DNA from: Leidyana gryllorum EB-2025a
Taxonomy: Eukaryota; Protista; Apicomplexa
DNA: 64,000 bases
Direction of reading: 5' to 3'
Assembly (NCBI GenBank): GCA_048772705.1
Contig: JBLWGC010000177.1
Coordinates: 93,710-157,709 of the forward strand
Part shown: positions 50,501 to 62,500 of the stretch, one piece after another
Position numbering within the stretch: position 1 is the stretch's first letter
Layout: every line of letters starts with the position of its first letter
The notes under the pieces: generated by a model
The model's input: the letters and a program-made list of their open reading frames with translations, nothing else
Databases searched by the model: none
Told to the model about the DNA's origin: nothing
Position numbers and translations under genes: made by a program

Positions 50501-53500
50501 ACTTCAGTAGAAGTGGTGGTCGTCGGCGGTACTTCAGTTGAAGTAGTGGTCGTCGGAGGCTCCTCAGTTGAAGTAGTGGTAGTGGGAGGCTCCTCAGTGG
50601 AAGTGGTGGTCGTCGGCGGTACTTCAGTGGAAGTAGTGGTCGTCGGCGGTACTTCAGTGGAAGTGGTGGTCGTCGGAGGCTCCTCAGTAGAAGTAGTGGT
50701 CGTCGGAGGCTCCTCAGTGGAAGTGGTAGTCGTCGGCGGTACTTCAGTGGAAGTAGTGGTAGTGGGAGGCTCCTCAGTGGAAGTGGTAGTCGTCGGCGGT
50801 ACTTCAGTGGAAGTTGTGGTCGTCGGAGGCTCCTCAGTGGAAGTGGTGGTCGTCGGCGGTACTTCAGTGGAAGTAGTGGTCGTCGGAGGCTCCTCAGTGG
50901 AAGTAGTGGTCGTCGGAGGCTCCTCAGTGGAAGTGGTGGTCGTCGGCGGTACTTCAGTGGAAGTGGTGGTCGTGGGCGGTACTTCAGTGGAAGTAGTGGT
51001 CGTCGGCGGTACTTCAGTGGAAGTAGTGGTTGTCGGCGGAACTTCAGTGGAAGTGGTGGTCGTCGGCGGTACTTCAGTGGAAGTGGTGGTCGTCGGCGGT
51101 ACTTCAGTGGAAGTAGTGGTAGTCGGAGGCTCCTCAGTAGAAGTAGTGGTCGTCGGCGGTACTTCAGTGGAAGTAGTGGTCGTCGGAGGCTCCTCAGTGG
51201 AAGTAGTGGTCGTCGGAGGCTCCTCAGTGGAAGTGGTGGTCGTCGGCGGTACTTCAGTGGAAGTGGTGGTCGTCGGCGGTACTTCAGTGGAAGTGGTGGT
51301 CGTCGGCGGTACTTCAGTAGAAGTGGTGGTCGTCGGCGGTACTTCAGTTGAAGTAGTGGTCGTCGGAGGCTCCTCAGTTGAAGTAGTGGTAGTGGGAGGC
51401 TCCTCAGTGGAAGTGGTGGTCGTCGGCGGTACTTCAGTGGAAGTAGTGGTCGTCGGAGGCTCCTCAGTGGAAGTGGTGGTCGTCGGCGGTACTTCAGTGG
51501 AAGTAGTGGTAGTGGGAGGCTCCTCAGTGGAAGTGGTAGTCGTCGGCGGTACTTCAGTGGAAGTAGTGGTAGTGGGAGGCTCCTCAGTGGAAGTGGTAGT
51601 CGTCGGCGGTACTTCAGTGGAAGTTGTGGTCGTCGGAGGCTCCTCAGTAGAAGTAGTGGTCGTCGGAGGCTCCTCAGTAGAAGTAGTGGTCGTCGGCGGA
51701 ACTTCAGTGGAAGTAGTGGTAGTGGGAGGCTCCTCAGTGGAAGTGGTAGTCGTCGGCGGTACTTCAGTGGAAGTAGTGGTAGTGGGAGGCTCCTCAGTGG
51801 AAGTGGTGGTCGTCGGCGGTACTTCAGTGGAAGTAGTGGTCGTCGGAGGCTCCTCAGTGGAAGTGGTGGTCGTCGGCGGTACTTCAGTGGAAGTAGTGGT
51901 AGTCGGAGGCTCCTCAGTGGAAGTAGTGGTTGTCGGCGGAACTTCAGTGGAAGTGGTGGTCGTCGGAGGCTCCTCAGTGGAAGTGGTGGTCGTCGGCGGT
52001 ACTTCAGTGGAAGTAGTGGTAGTCGGAGGCTCCTCAGTGGAAGTAGTGGTTGTCGGCGGAACTTCAGTGGAAGTGGTGGTCGTCGGCGGTACTTCAGTGG
52101 AAGTGGTGGTCGTCGGCGGTACTTCAGTGGAAGTAGTGGTAGTCGGAGGCTCCTCAGTAGAAGTAGTGGTCGTCGGCGGTACTTCAGTGGAAGTAGTGGT
52201 CGTCGGAGGCTCCTCAGTGGAAGTGGTGGTCGTCGGCGGTACTTCAGTGGAAGTGGTGGTCGTGGGCGGTACTTCAGTGGAAGTAGTGGTCGTCGGCGGT
52301 ACTTCAGTGGAAGTGGTGGTCGTCGGAGGCTCCTCAGTAGAAGTAGTGGTCGTCGGAGGCTCCTCAGTTGAAGTAGTGGTCGTCGGCGGTACTTCAGTGG
52401 AAGTAGTGGTAGTCGGCGGTACTTCAGTACTGGGAGTGGGCTTGGGGGGCTGACGAGTTTCAGTAGTGGTCACTTCAGTGGTAGGCGGCTGCTCAGTGGT
52501 GATACCAGTAGACGTGGTGGTAGTCGGAGGCTCCTCAGTAGAAGTGGTGGTCGTCGGCGGTACTTCAGTGGAAGTAGTGGTCGTCGGAGGCTCCTCAGTA
52601 GAAGTAGTGGTCGTCGGAGGCTCCTCAGTTGAAGTAGTGGTAGTGGGAGGCTCCTCAGTGGAAGTGGTGGTCGTCGGCGGTACTTCAGTGGAAGTAGTGG
52701 TCGTCGGAGGCTCCTCAGTGGAAGTGGTGGTCGTCGGCGGTACTTCAGTGGAAGTAGTGGTAGTCGGAGGCTCCTCAGTGGAAGTAGTGGTCGTCGGCGG
52801 TACTTCAGTGGAAGTAGTGGTAGTCGGAGGCTCCTCAGTAGAAGCAGTGGTCGTCGGCGGTACTTCAGTGGAAGTGGTGGTCGTCGGAGGCTCCTCAGTA
52901 GAAGTAGTGGTCGTCGGCGGTACTTCAGTGGAAGTAGTGGTCGTCGGAGGCTCCTCAGTAGAAGTAGTGGTCGTCGGCGGTACTTCAGTGGAAGTGGTGG
53001 TCGTCGGCGGTACTTCAGTGGAAGTAGTGGTCGTCGGAGGCTCCTCAGTAGAAGTAGTGGTCGTCGGCGGTACTTCAGTGGAAGTGGTGGTCGTCGGCGG
53101 TACTTCAGTACTGGGAGTGGGCTTGGGGGGCTGACGAGTTTCAGTAGTGGTCACTTCAGTGGTAGGCGGCTGCTCAGTGGTGATACCAGTAGACGTGGTG
53201 GTAGTCGGAGGCTCCTCAGTAGAAGTGGTGGTCGTCGGCGGTACTTCAGTGGAAGTAGTGGTCGTCGGAGGCTCCTCAGTAGAAGTAGTGGTCGTCGGAG
53301 GCTCCTCAGTTGAAGTAGTGGTCGTCGGCGGTACTTCAGTGGAAGTGGTGGTCGTCGGCGGTACTTCAGTGGAAGTAGTGGTAGTCGGAGGCTCCTCAGT
53401 AGAAGCAGTGGTCGTCGGCGGTACTTCAGTGGAAGTGGTGGTCGTCGGAGGCTCCTCAGTAGAAGTAGTGGTCGTCGGCGGTACTTCAGTGGAAGTAGTG

Positions 53501-56500
53501 GTCGTCGGAGGCTCCTCAGTAGAAGTAGTGGTCGTCGGCGGTACTTCAGTGGAAGTGGTGGTCGTCGGCGGTACTTCAGTACTGGGAGTGGGCTTGGGGG
53601 GCTGACGAGTTTCAGTAGTGGTCACTTCAGTGGTAGGCGGCTGCTCAGTGGTGATACCAGTAGACGTGGTGGTAGTCGGAGGCTCCTCAGTAGAAGTGGT
53701 GGTCGTCGGCGGTACTTCAGTGGAAGTGGTGGTCGTCGGAGGCTCCTCAGTAGAAGTAGTGGTCGTCGGCGGTACTTCAGTGGAAGTGGTGGTCGTCGGA
53801 GGCTCCTCAGTAGAAGTAGTGGTCGTCGGCGGTACTTCAGTGGAAGTGGTGGTCGTCGGCGGCTCCTCAGTAGAAGTAGTGGTCGTCGGCGGTACTTCAG
53901 TGGAAGTAGTGGTCGTCGGAGGCTCCTCAGTAGAAGTAGTGGTAGTCGGAGGCTCCTCAGTGGAAGTAGTGGTCGTCGGAGGCTCCTCAGTGGAAGTAGT
54001 GGTCGTCGGCGGTACTTCAGTGGAAGTTGTGGTCGTCGGCGGTACTTCAGTAGAAGTTGTGGTCGTCGGCGGCTCCTCAGTAGAAGTAGTGGTCGTCGGC
54101 GGAACTTCAGTGGAAGTGGTGGTCGTCGGCGGAACTTCAGTGGAAGTAGTGGTAGTCGGAGGCTCCTCAGTGGAAGTGGTGGTAGTGGGAGGCTCCTCAG
54201 TAGAAGTAGTGGTCGTCGGCGGAACTTCAGTGGAAGTAGTGGTCGTCGGCGGTACTTCAGTGGAAGTTGTGGTCGTCGGCGGAACTTCAGTGGAAGTAGT
54301 GGTCGTCGGCGGCTCCTCAGTAGAAGTAGTGGTCGTCGGCGGTACTTCAGTGGAAGTGGTGGTAGTGGGAGGCTCCTCAGTAGAAGTAGTGGTCGTCGGC
54401 GGTACTTCAGTGGAAGTGGTGGTCGTCGGCGGCTCCTCAGTAGAAGTAGTGGTCGTCGGCGGTACTTCAGTGGAAGTTGTGGTCGTCGGCGGAACTTCAG
54501 TGGAAGTAGTGGTAGTCGGAGGCTCCTCAGTGGAAGTAGTGGTCGTCGGAGGCTCCTCAGTGGAAGTAGTGGTCGTCGGCGGTACTTCAGTGGAAGTTGT
54601 GGTCGTCGGCGGAACTTCAGTGGAAGTAGTGGTAGTCGGAGGCTCCTCAGTGGAAGTAGTGGTCGTCGGCGGCTCCTCAGTAGAAGTAGTGGTCGTCGGC
54701 GGTACTTCAGTGGAAGTTGTGGTCGTCGGCGGAACTTCAGTGGAAGTGGTGGTAGTCGGAGGCTCCTCAGTGGAAGTGGTGGTCGTCGGCGGCTCCTCAG
54801 TAGAAGTAGTGGTCGTCGGCGGTACTTCAGTGGAAGTAGTGGTCGTCGGAGGCTCCTCAGTAGAAGTAGTGGTAGTCGGAGGCTCCTCAGTAGAAGTAGT
54901 GGTCGTCGGAGGCTCCTCAGTGGAAGTAGTGGTCGTCGGCGGTACTTCAGTAGAAGTTGTGGTCGTCGGCGGCTCCTCAGTAGAAGTAGTGGTCGTCGGC
55001 GGAACTTCAGTGGAAGTAGTGGTAGTCGGAGGCTCCTCAGTGGAAGTGGTGGTAGTGGGAGGCTCCTCAGTAGAAGTAGTGGTCGTCGGCGGTACTTCAG
55101 TGGAAGTGGTGGTCGTCGGCGGAACTTCAGTGGAAGTAGTGGTAGTCGGAGGCTCCTCAGTGGAAGTGGTGGTAGTGGGAGGCTCCTCAGTAGAAGTAGT
55201 GGTCGTCGGCGGAACTTCAGTGGAAGTGGTGGTCGTCGGCGGAACTTCAGTGGAAGTAGTGGTAGTCGGAGGCTCCTCAGTGGAAGTGGTGGTAGTGGGA
55301 GGCTCCTCAGTAGAAGTAGTGGTCGTCGGCGGAACTTCAGTGGAAGTAGTGGTAGTGGGAGGCTCCTCAGTGGAAGTGGTGGTCGTCGGTGGTACTTCAG
55401 TGGAACTGGTGGTCGTCGGAGGCTCCTCAGTAGAAGTAGTGGTCGTCGGCGGTACTTCAGTGGAAGTGGTGGTCGTCGGAGGCTCCTCAGTAGAGGTAGT
55501 GGTCGTCGGAGGTACTTCAGTGGAAGTGGTGGTCGTCGGCGGTACTTCAGTACTGGGAGTGGGCTTGGGGGGCTGACGAGTTTCAGTAGTGGTCACTTCA
55601 GTGGTAGGCGGCTGCTCAGTGGTGATACCAGTAGACATGGTGGTAGTGGGAGGCTCCTCAGTGGAAGTGGTGGTCGTCGGCGGTACTTCAGTGGAAGTAG
55701 TGGTAGTCGGAGGCTCCTCAGTGGAAGTGGTGGTCGTCGGCGGTACTTCAGTGGAAGTGGTGGTCGTCGGCGGTACTTCAGTACTGGGAGTGGGCTTGGG
55801 GGGCTGACGAGTTTCAGTAGTGGTCACTTCAGTGGTAGGCGGCTGCTCAGTGGTGATACCAGTAGACGTGGTGGTAGTGGGAGGCTCCTCAGTAGAAGTA
55901 GTGGTCGTCGGCGGTACTTCAGTGGAAGTAGTGGTAGTCGGAGGCTCCTCAGTGGAAGTGGTGGTCGTCGGCGGTACTTCAGTGGAAGTAGTGGTAGTCG
56001 GAGGCTCCTCAGTGGAAGTGGTGGTAGTCGGCGGTACTTCAGTGGAAGTAGTGGTCGTCGGAGGCTCCTCAGTAGAAGTAGTGGTCGTCGGCGGTACTTC
56101 AGTGGAAGTGGTGGTCGTCGGCGGCTCCTCAGTAGAGGTAGTGGTCGTCGGAGGTACTTCAGTGGAAGTAGTGGTAGTCGGAGGCTCCTCAGTAGAAGTA
56201 GTGGTCGTCGGCGGTACTTCAGTGGAAGTAGTGGTAGTGGGAGGCTCCTCAGTGGAAGTGGTGGTCGTCGGTGGTACTTCAGTGGAACTGGTGGTCGTCG
56301 GAGGCTCCTCAGTAGAAGTAGTGGTCGTCGGCGGTACTTCAGTGGAAGTGGTGGTCGTCGGAGGCTCCTCAGTAGAGGTAGTGGTCGTCGGAGGTACTTC
56401 AGTGGAAGTGGTGGTCGTCGGCGGTACTTCAGTACTGGGAGTGGGCTTGGGGGGCTGACGAGTTTCAGTAGTGGTCACTTCAGTGGTAGGCGGCTGCTCA

Positions 56501-59500
56501 GTGGTGATACCAGTAGACATGGTGGTAGTGGGAGGCTCCTCAGTGGAAGTGGTGGTCGTCGGCGGTACTTCAGTGGAAGTAGTGGTCGTCGGAGGCTCCT
56601 CAGTAGAAGTAGTGGTCGTCGGCGGTACTTCAGTGGAAGTAGTGGTCGTCGGAGGCTCCTCAGTAGAAGTAGTGGTCGTCGGCGGTACTTCAGTGGAAGT
56701 GGTGGTCGTCGGCGGCTCCTCAGTAGAAGTAGTGGTCGTCGGCGGTACTTCAGTGGAAGTAGTGGTAGTCGGAGGCTCCTCAGTAGAAGTAGTGGTCGTC
56801 GGCGGTACTTCAGTGGAAGTAGTGGTCGTCGGCGGCTCCTCAGTGGAAGTGGTGGTAGTCGGAGGCTCCTCAGTGGAAGTGGTGGTCGTCGGCGGCTCCT
56901 CAGTGGAAGTGGTGGTAGTCGGAGGCTCCTCAGTGGAGGTAGTGGTCGTCGGCGGTACTTCAGTACTGGGAGTGGGCTTGGGGGGCTGACGAGTTTCAGT
57001 AGTGGTCACTTCAGTGGTAGGCGGCTGCTCAGTGGTGATACCAGTAGACGTGGTGGTAGTGGGAGGCTCCTCAGTAGAAGTAGTGGTCGTCGGCGGTACT
57101 TCAGTGGAAGTAGTGGTCGTCGGAGGCTCCTCAGTTGAAGTGGTGGTCGTCGGCGGTACTTCAGTGGAAGTAGTGGTCGTCGGAGGCTCCTCAGTGGAAG
57201 TGGTGGTCGTCGGCGGTACTTCAGTGGAAGTAGTGGTCGTCGGAGGCTCCTCAGTGGAAGTTGTGGTCGTCGGCGGAACTTCAGTAGAAGTAGTGGTCGT
57301 CGGCGGTACTTCAGTGGAAGTGGTGGTCGTCGGCGGTACTTCAGTGGAAGTGGTGGTCGTCGGCGGTACTTCAGTGGAAGTAGTGGTAGTCGGAGGCTCC
57401 TCAGTAGAAGTGGTGGTCGTCGGAGGCTCCTCAGTAGAAGTGGTGGTCGTCGGAGGCTCCTCAGTGGAAGTCGTGGTAGTCGGAGGCTCCTCAGTAGAGG
57501 TAGTGGTCGTCGGAGGTACTTCAGTGGAAGTAGTGGTCGTCGGAGGCTCCTCAGTGGAAGTAGTGGTTGTCGGAGGCACTTCAGTGGAAGTAGTGGTAGT
57601 CGGAGGCATTTCAGTGGAAGTAGTGGTAGTCGGCGGTACTTCAGTGGAAGTAGTGGTTGTCGGCGGTACTTCAGTGGAAGTGGTGGTCGTCGGCGGTACT
57701 TCAGTGGAAGTGGTGGTCGTCGGCGGCTCCTCAGTGGAAGTAGTGGTCGTCGGAGGCACTTCAGTGGAAGTGGTGGTCGTCGGCGGTACTTCAGTGGAAG
57801 TGGTGGTAGTCGGAGGCTCCTCAGTGGAAGTGGTGGTCGTCGGCGGCTCCTCAGTGGAAGTGGTGGTAGTCGGAGGCTCCTCAGTGGAGGTAGTGGTCGT
57901 CGGCGGTACTTCAGTACTGGGAGTGGGCTTGGGGGGCTGACGAGTTTCAGTAGTGGTCACTTCAGTGGTAGGCGGCTGCTCAGTGGTGATACCAGTAGAC
58001 GTGGTGGTAGTGGGAGGCTCCTCAGTAGAAGTAGTGGTCGTCGGCGGTACTTCAGTGGAAGTAGTGGTAGTCGGAGGCTCCTCAGTGGAAGTAGTGGTCG
58101 TCGGCGGTACTTCAGTGGAAGTAGTGGTCGTCGGCGGTACTTCAGTGGAAGTAGTGGTAGTCGGAGGCTCCTCAGTGGAAGTAGTGGTTGTCGGCGGAAC
58201 TTCAGTGGAAGTGGTGGTTGTCGGCGGTACTTCAGTGGAAGTGGTGGTCGTCGGCGGTACTTCAGTGGAAGTGGTGGTCGTCGGCGGTACTTCAGTGGAA
58301 GTAGTGGTAGTCGGAGGCTCCTCAGTGGAAGTGGTGGTAGTCGGCGGTACTTCAGTGGAAGTAGTGGTCGTCGGAGGCTCCTCAGTAGAAGTAGTGGTCG
58401 TCGGCGGTACTTCAGTGGAAGTAGTGGTCGTCGGAGGCTCCTCAGTGGAAGTGGTGGTCGTCGGCGGTACTTCAGTGGAAGTAGTGGTCGTCGGAGGCTC
58501 CTCAGTAGAAGTAGTGGTCGTCGGCGGTACTTCAGTGGAAGTGGTGGTCGTCGGCGGTACTTCAGTGGAAGTGGTAGTCGGAGGCTCCTCAGTGGAAGTG
58601 GTGGTAGTGGGAGGCTCCTCAGTGGAAGTGGTGGTCGTCGGAGGTACTTCAGTGGAAGTAGTGGTCGTCGGCGGTACCTCAGTGGAAGTAGTGGTCGTCG
58701 GAGGTACTTCAGTGGAAGTGGTGGTAGTGGGAGGCTCCTCAGTGGAAGTGGTGGTAGTCGGCGGTACTTCAGTGGAAGTAGTCGTCGTCGGCGGTACTTC
58801 AGTGGAAGTAGTGGTAGTCGGCGGTACTTCAGTGGAAGTAGTGGTCGTCGGCGGCTCCTCAGTGGAAGTGGTGGTCGTCGGCGGTACTTCAGTACTGGGA
58901 GTGGGCTTGGGGGGCTGACGAGTTTCAGTAGTGGTCACTTCAGTGGTAGGCGGCTGCTCAGTGGTGATACCAGTAGACGTGGTGGTAGTCGGAGGCTCCT
59001 CAGTGGAAGTGGTGGTAGTCGGAGGCTCCTCAGTAGAGGTAGGTGGCTCAGCTGTCGAAGAAATCTCCTCGCTCGACTCCATCGAGACAGCCGTTGTGCT
59101 GGAGTCTTCCGTTTCCATCGAGAGAGTCACAGTAGTGTATGAAGCAGTGCTGTCATCTGGCGAGGTGATGAAAACAGTCGTGGTGGTGGGAACATCGTCG
59201 GAGCCAGCTGGGATCTCGGTGAGATCAGTGGTTAAAACAATACCAGTTGTAGTCGACGTGGTCACACCCGTCACCGTAGATGTAGTCGTGAGCTCAGAAA
59301 TGGTGGAGATAGTGGTAGTCGGAGGCTCCTCAGTAGAGGTAGTGCTCGTCGGCGGTACTTCAGTGGAAGTGGTGGTCGTCGGCGGTACTTCAGTGGAAGT
59401 GGTGGTCGTCGGCGGTACTTCAGTGGAAGTGGTGGTCGTCGGAGGCTCCTCAGTGGAAGTGGTGGTCGTCGGAGGCTCCTCAGTGGAAGTGGTGGTCGTC

Positions 59501-62500
59501 GGAGGCTCCTCAGTGGAAGTGGTGGTCGTCGGCGGCTCCTCAGTGGAAGTGGTGGTAGTCGGAGGCTCCTCAGTGGAGGTAGTGGTCGTCGGCGGTACTT
59601 CAGTACTGGGAGTGGGCTTGGGGGGCTGACGAGTTTCAGTAGTGGTCACTTCAGTGGTAGGCGGCTGCTCAGTGGTGATACCAGTAGACGTGGTGGTAGT
59701 GGGAGGCTCCTCAGTAGAAGTAGTGGTCGTCGGCGGTACTTCAGTGGAAGTAGTGGTAGTCGGAGGCTCCTCAGTTGAAGTGGTGGTCGTCGGCGGTACT
59801 TCAGTGGAAGTAGTGGTAGTGGGAGGCTCCTCAGTAGAAGTAGTGGTCGTCGGCGGTACTTCAGTGGAAGTGGTGGTCGTCGGCGGTACTTCAGTGGAAG
59901 TGGTGGTCGTCGGCGGTACTTCAGTGGAAGTGGTGGTCGTCGGCGGTACTTCAGTGGAAGTGGTGGTCGTCGGCGGTACTTCAGTGGAAGTGGTGGTCGT
60001 CGGAGGCTCCTCAGTGGAAGTGGTGGTCGTCGGAGGCTCCTCAGTGGAAGTGGTGGTCGTCGGCGGCTCCTCAGTGGAAGTGGTGGTAGTCGGAGGCTCC
60101 TCAGTGGAGGTAGTGGTCGTCGGCGGTACTTCAGTACTGGGAGTGGGCTTGGGGGGCTGACGAGTTTCAGTAGTGGTCACTTCAGTGGTAGGCGGCTGCT
60201 CAGTGGTGATACCAGTAGACGTGGTGGTAGTGGGAGGCTCCTCAGTAGAAGTAGTGGTCGTCGGCGGTACTTCAGTGGAAGTAGTGGTAGTCGGAGGCTC
60301 CTCAGTTGAAGTGGTGGTCGTCGGCGGTACTTCAGTGGAAGTAGTGGTCGTCGGAGGCTCCTCAGTGGAAGTGGTGGTAGTGGGAGGTACTTCAGTGGAA
60401 GTAGTGGTCGTCGGCGGCTCCTCAGTGGAAGTGGTGGTAGTCGGAGGCTCCTCAGTGGAAGTGGTGGTCGTCGGCGGTACTTCAGTGGAAGTGGTGGTCG
60501 TCGGAGGCTCCTCAGTGGAAGTGGTGGTCGTCGGAGGCTCTTCAGTGGAAGTGGTGGTAGTCGGAGGCTCCTCAGTGGAAGTGGTGGTCGTCGGCGGTAC
60601 TTCAGTGGAAGTGGTGGTCGTCGGAGGCTCCTCAGTGGAAGTGGTGGTCGTCGGAGGCTCCTCAGTGGAAGTAGTGGTCGTCGGAGGTACTTCAGTGGAA
60701 GTAGTGGTCGTCGGCGGTACCTCAGTGGAAGTGGTGGTCGTCGGAGGTACTTCAGTGGAAGTAGTGGTCGTCGGAGGTACTTCAGTGGAAGTGGTGGTCG
60801 TCGGCGGTACTTCAGTGGAAGTGGTGGTCGTCGGAGGTACTTCAGTGGAAGTGGTGGTCGTCGGAGGTACTTCAGTGGAAGTAGTGGTCGTCGGCGGTAC
60901 CTCAGTGGAAGTGGTGGTAGTGGGAGGCTCCTCAGTGGAAGTGGTGGTAGTGGGAGGTACTTCAGTGGAAGTGGTGGTCGTCGGCGGCTCCTCAGTGGAA
61001 GTAGTGGTCGTCGGAGGCTCCTCAGTGGAAGTGGTGGTCGTCGGCGGCTCCTCAGTGGAAGTAGTGGTCGTCGGAGGCTCCTCAGTGGAAGTGGTGGTCG
61101 TCGGCGGTACTTCAGTGGAAGTGGTGGTCGTCGGAGGTACTTCAGTGGAAGTGGTGGTCGTCGGAGGTACTTCAGTGGAAGTAGTGGTAGTCGGAGGTAC
61201 TTCAGTGGAAGTGGTGGTCGTCGGAGGCTCCTCAGTGGAAGTGGTGGTCGTCGGAGGCTCCTCAGTGGAAGTGGTGGTCGTCGGCGGTACTTCAGTGGAA
61301 GTAGTGGTCGTCGGAGGCTCCTCAGTGGAAGTGGTGGTCGTCGGCGGCTCTTCAGTGGAAGTGGTGGTAGTCGGAGGTACTTCAGTGGAAGTGGTGGTAG
61401 TCGGAGGTACTTCAGTGGAAGTGGTGGTAGTCGGAGGCTCCTCAGTAGAGGTAGTGGTCGTCGGCGGCTCCTCAGTAGAAGTGGTGGTCGTCGGCGGCTC
61501 TTCAGTGGAAGTAGGAGGCTGCTCGACAACAGTGGTTGTCGGTTCCTCAGTGGTGGTAGGCGGCTGCTCCACAACAGTGGTTGTCGGTTCCTCAGTGGAG
61601 GTAGTCGGAGGCACAGTAGTGGTAGGAGGCTGCTCGACAACAGTGGTGGTCGGTTCCTCAGTGGTGGTAGGCGGCTGCTCCACAACAGTGGTTGTCGGTT
61701 CCTCGGTGGTGGTAGGAGGCTGCTCGACAACAGTGGTGGTCGGTTCCTCAGTGGAGGTAGTCGGAGGCACAGTAGTGGTAGGAGGCTGCTCGACAACAGT
61801 GGTGGTCGGTTCCTCAGTGGTGGTAGGCGGCTGCTCGACAACAGTGGTGGTCGGTTCCTCGGTGGTGGTAGGCGGCTGCTCCACAACAGTAGTGGTCGGT
61901 TCCTCAGTGGAGGTAGTTGGAGGCACAGTAGTGGTAGGAGGCTGCTCGACAACAGTGGTGGTCGGTTCCTCAGTGGTGGTAGGAGGCTGCTCGACAACAG
62001 TGGTGGTCGGTTCCTCAGTGGAGGTAGTCGGAGGCACAGTAGTGGTAGGCGGCTGCTCGACAACAGTGGTGGTCGGTTCCTCAGTGGTGGTAGGAGGCTG
62101 CTCGACAACAGTGGTGGTCGGTTCCTCAGTGGTGGTAGGCGGCTGCTCCACAACAGTGGTGGTCGGTTCCTCAGTGGTGGTAGTCGGAGGCACAGTAGTG
62201 GTAGGAGGCTGCTCGACAACAGTGGTGGTCGGTTCCTCAGTGGAGGTAGTCGGAGGCACAGTAGTGGTAGGCGGCTGCTCGACAACAGTGGTGGTCGGTT
62301 CCTCAGTGGTGGTAGGAGGCTGCTCGACAACAGTGGTGGTCGGTTCCTCAGTGGAGGTAGTCGGAGGCACAGTAGTGGTAGGAGGCTGCTCGACAACAGT
62401 AGTGGTCGGTTCCTCAGTAGTGGTAGGAGGCTGCTCGACAACAGTGGTGGTCGGTTCCTCAGTGGTGGTAGGCGGCTGCTCGACAACAGTGGTGGTCGGT

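Noticed and set aside
45199-60160. Plus-strand Val/Gly-rich ORFs (VEVVVVGG repeats)
   Set aside because: These are antisense shadows of the mucin repeat. Each is stopped by the same TGA in the spacer, and only the minus frame connects to a TM and tail.
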